From assembly GCA_010015805.1 (NCBI GenBank), contig ML978124.1, positions 2,170,001-2,234,000 on the forward strand: a DNA stretch of 64,000 bases. The letters run 5' to 3'. Shown here in pieces: positions 62,646 through 64,000 of this stretch; position 1 is the first letter of the stretch; every line of letters begins with the position of its first letter. The notes under the pieces are model-generated. The model did no database searches. It saw nothing but the letters and a program-made list of their open reading frames with translations, and was not told where the DNA came from. The translations under genes were made by a program, and so were the position numbers. This DNA is from Rhizodiscina lignyota (Eukaryota).

Positions 62646-64000
62646 TGGTAGTGTGATCAGAGGTCGACGGCAGAACTTTTACGTACCTCGTGTTTTGCTC
62701 TCAGAGCTTTGGTTCAAGAGTGGAGTGCACACTGAAAACAGTGCGTGAGGTTGGGTTTTGACGCGATAAACGCTTAGTTGATGCGTGTAAGCCCAGTATT
62801 TGTGGGCTGAAGCACACCAACAGGAAGAAAACAATTCTGCGTGGCGGAAGGAAAGAGGTTGTGTGAGTTCAAGTGAGGTGCAGGAAGGAGAAAGAAATTC
62901 AAGTGTGTGGCGAGGATAAGGTTGTTGTTGTTAGCGTGACTGCCTGCCCGGGAAATTAGCTCAACCTTCACAACCCCCCAGCCAACACTGGAAAGTATCG
63001 GCTCCAGAGCTCGGTTTAACTCGAATCTAGCATCATTGTGAAGTCATACGAAGCGGGCACAGAATGAGTCGTCCAAGGTGTATCGGATATTTAAGAGTCG
63101 GCCTCATTTTATAGCGTCAAATCCACACGTGCATCTGGGAGTGAATTCGGGACGAGTCCTTGCTTCTCATACACTTCTTCCACCTTTCGTGGTCCCCAGA
63201 GAATTGACGGAGAGAGATTCTCTCAGTCGGAAATCGCACCATCATATGTACTTCTGTCGAAATTCCAGGCTCATTTACCAAAGAACAATTCCTGCAACTT
63301 TTTCCTACCACGGGAATGGATCCATTGACGTAAAGACAGTTATCGCTCAAGAGCTTAGGCATGCTGGAATTGATATTCAATACACAATTTGGGGGTTGGG
63401 GTTCATCATCAGTCACCCTAATAAAACTAAAAGCACAACAGACGAGTGGAGGTCAGAGCAAACGTTATATACTCGGCAACGTCCAAGCGCTTCGCTTGTT
63501 TGCATCCGAGACCGACGACCCTCTCACGAGCATTTCAAAGTACTAACCAGATGTCTACGTATGAGTGCAAGATGCATGCATCTCCTCGATTCCATCGCTC
63601 AATCTTCAAAGCCAAGCGGCTCCGGCCCTCGCGCAGCGTTGAATCCGTACTGTTCATCCGTCCCATGATCCTTGACGACAGTAACTTCGAAATCCGTATA
63701 CGTGGCTCCGAGGACGCACTCCAAGACTATTTCAAAAGACCAATATTTTAACATGAGAATCATTTTACTAAGGACTCAATCATGATGCATGCTAAAATGG
63801 CTTCCGATGCACATCTCCAGCCTGCTTTCAAATCCGCCACACCACTTCTCTGCTCGGCCATTTCAGAATGCAGGCTGCATGGGGATGAGGAGTCTCTTAT
63901 GCCCTTAGGATGTTAGAGTATGGCCTGATTAGACACGCCTTGGTAGTTACTCGTGCTACGCAGGAGCATGGCTTTGTTAACGCCAGTGGAAATTTTTCTA

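Noticed and set aside
63078..63751. Overlapping plus-strand ORFs at the window end
   Set aside because: No recognisable homology or reliable gene structure

Overview
Eukaryotic, gene-dense genomic DNA from a filamentous ascomycete (Pezizomycotina, Dothideomycete-like by gene content), with short GT-AG introns and CTRAC/CTAAT branch sites. Conserved genes: Nup85 3' end, Artemis-type nuclease, CTNNBL1, exo-1,3-beta-glucanase, gelsolin/severin, HMG-box protein, Ral2-type kelch-BTB, LST8, fasciclin, MnSOD, PARP, RMD1 and PIK1. Accessory genes: bacterial-type 4,5-dihydroxyphthalate decarboxylase-like protein, secreted DUF1264 protein, HET pseudogene, GST, SdsA1/BDS1-type alkylsulfatase, P450, orphan DUF3328/UstYa oxidase, F-box/LRR and BTB-like proteins. 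Most unusual observations: (i) one non-coding ~55-bp tandem repeat family at three separate intergenic loci (about 3.1, 19.9 and 35.7 kb), one next to a decayed 23-aa STPR-like repeat ORF; (ii) a gene at 55014-56165 whose spliced product joins a HeLo-like helical N-terminus, R/D/E-rich repeats and a C-terminal SRL peroxisomal signal missed by the ORF track; (iii) a MnSOD with an upstream in-frame signal-peptide-like leader; (iv) 23-bp direct repeats bracketing the GST gene. I recognised no tRNA, rRNA, CRISPR array or intact transposase. All family calls come from motif recognition by eye, with no database searches.
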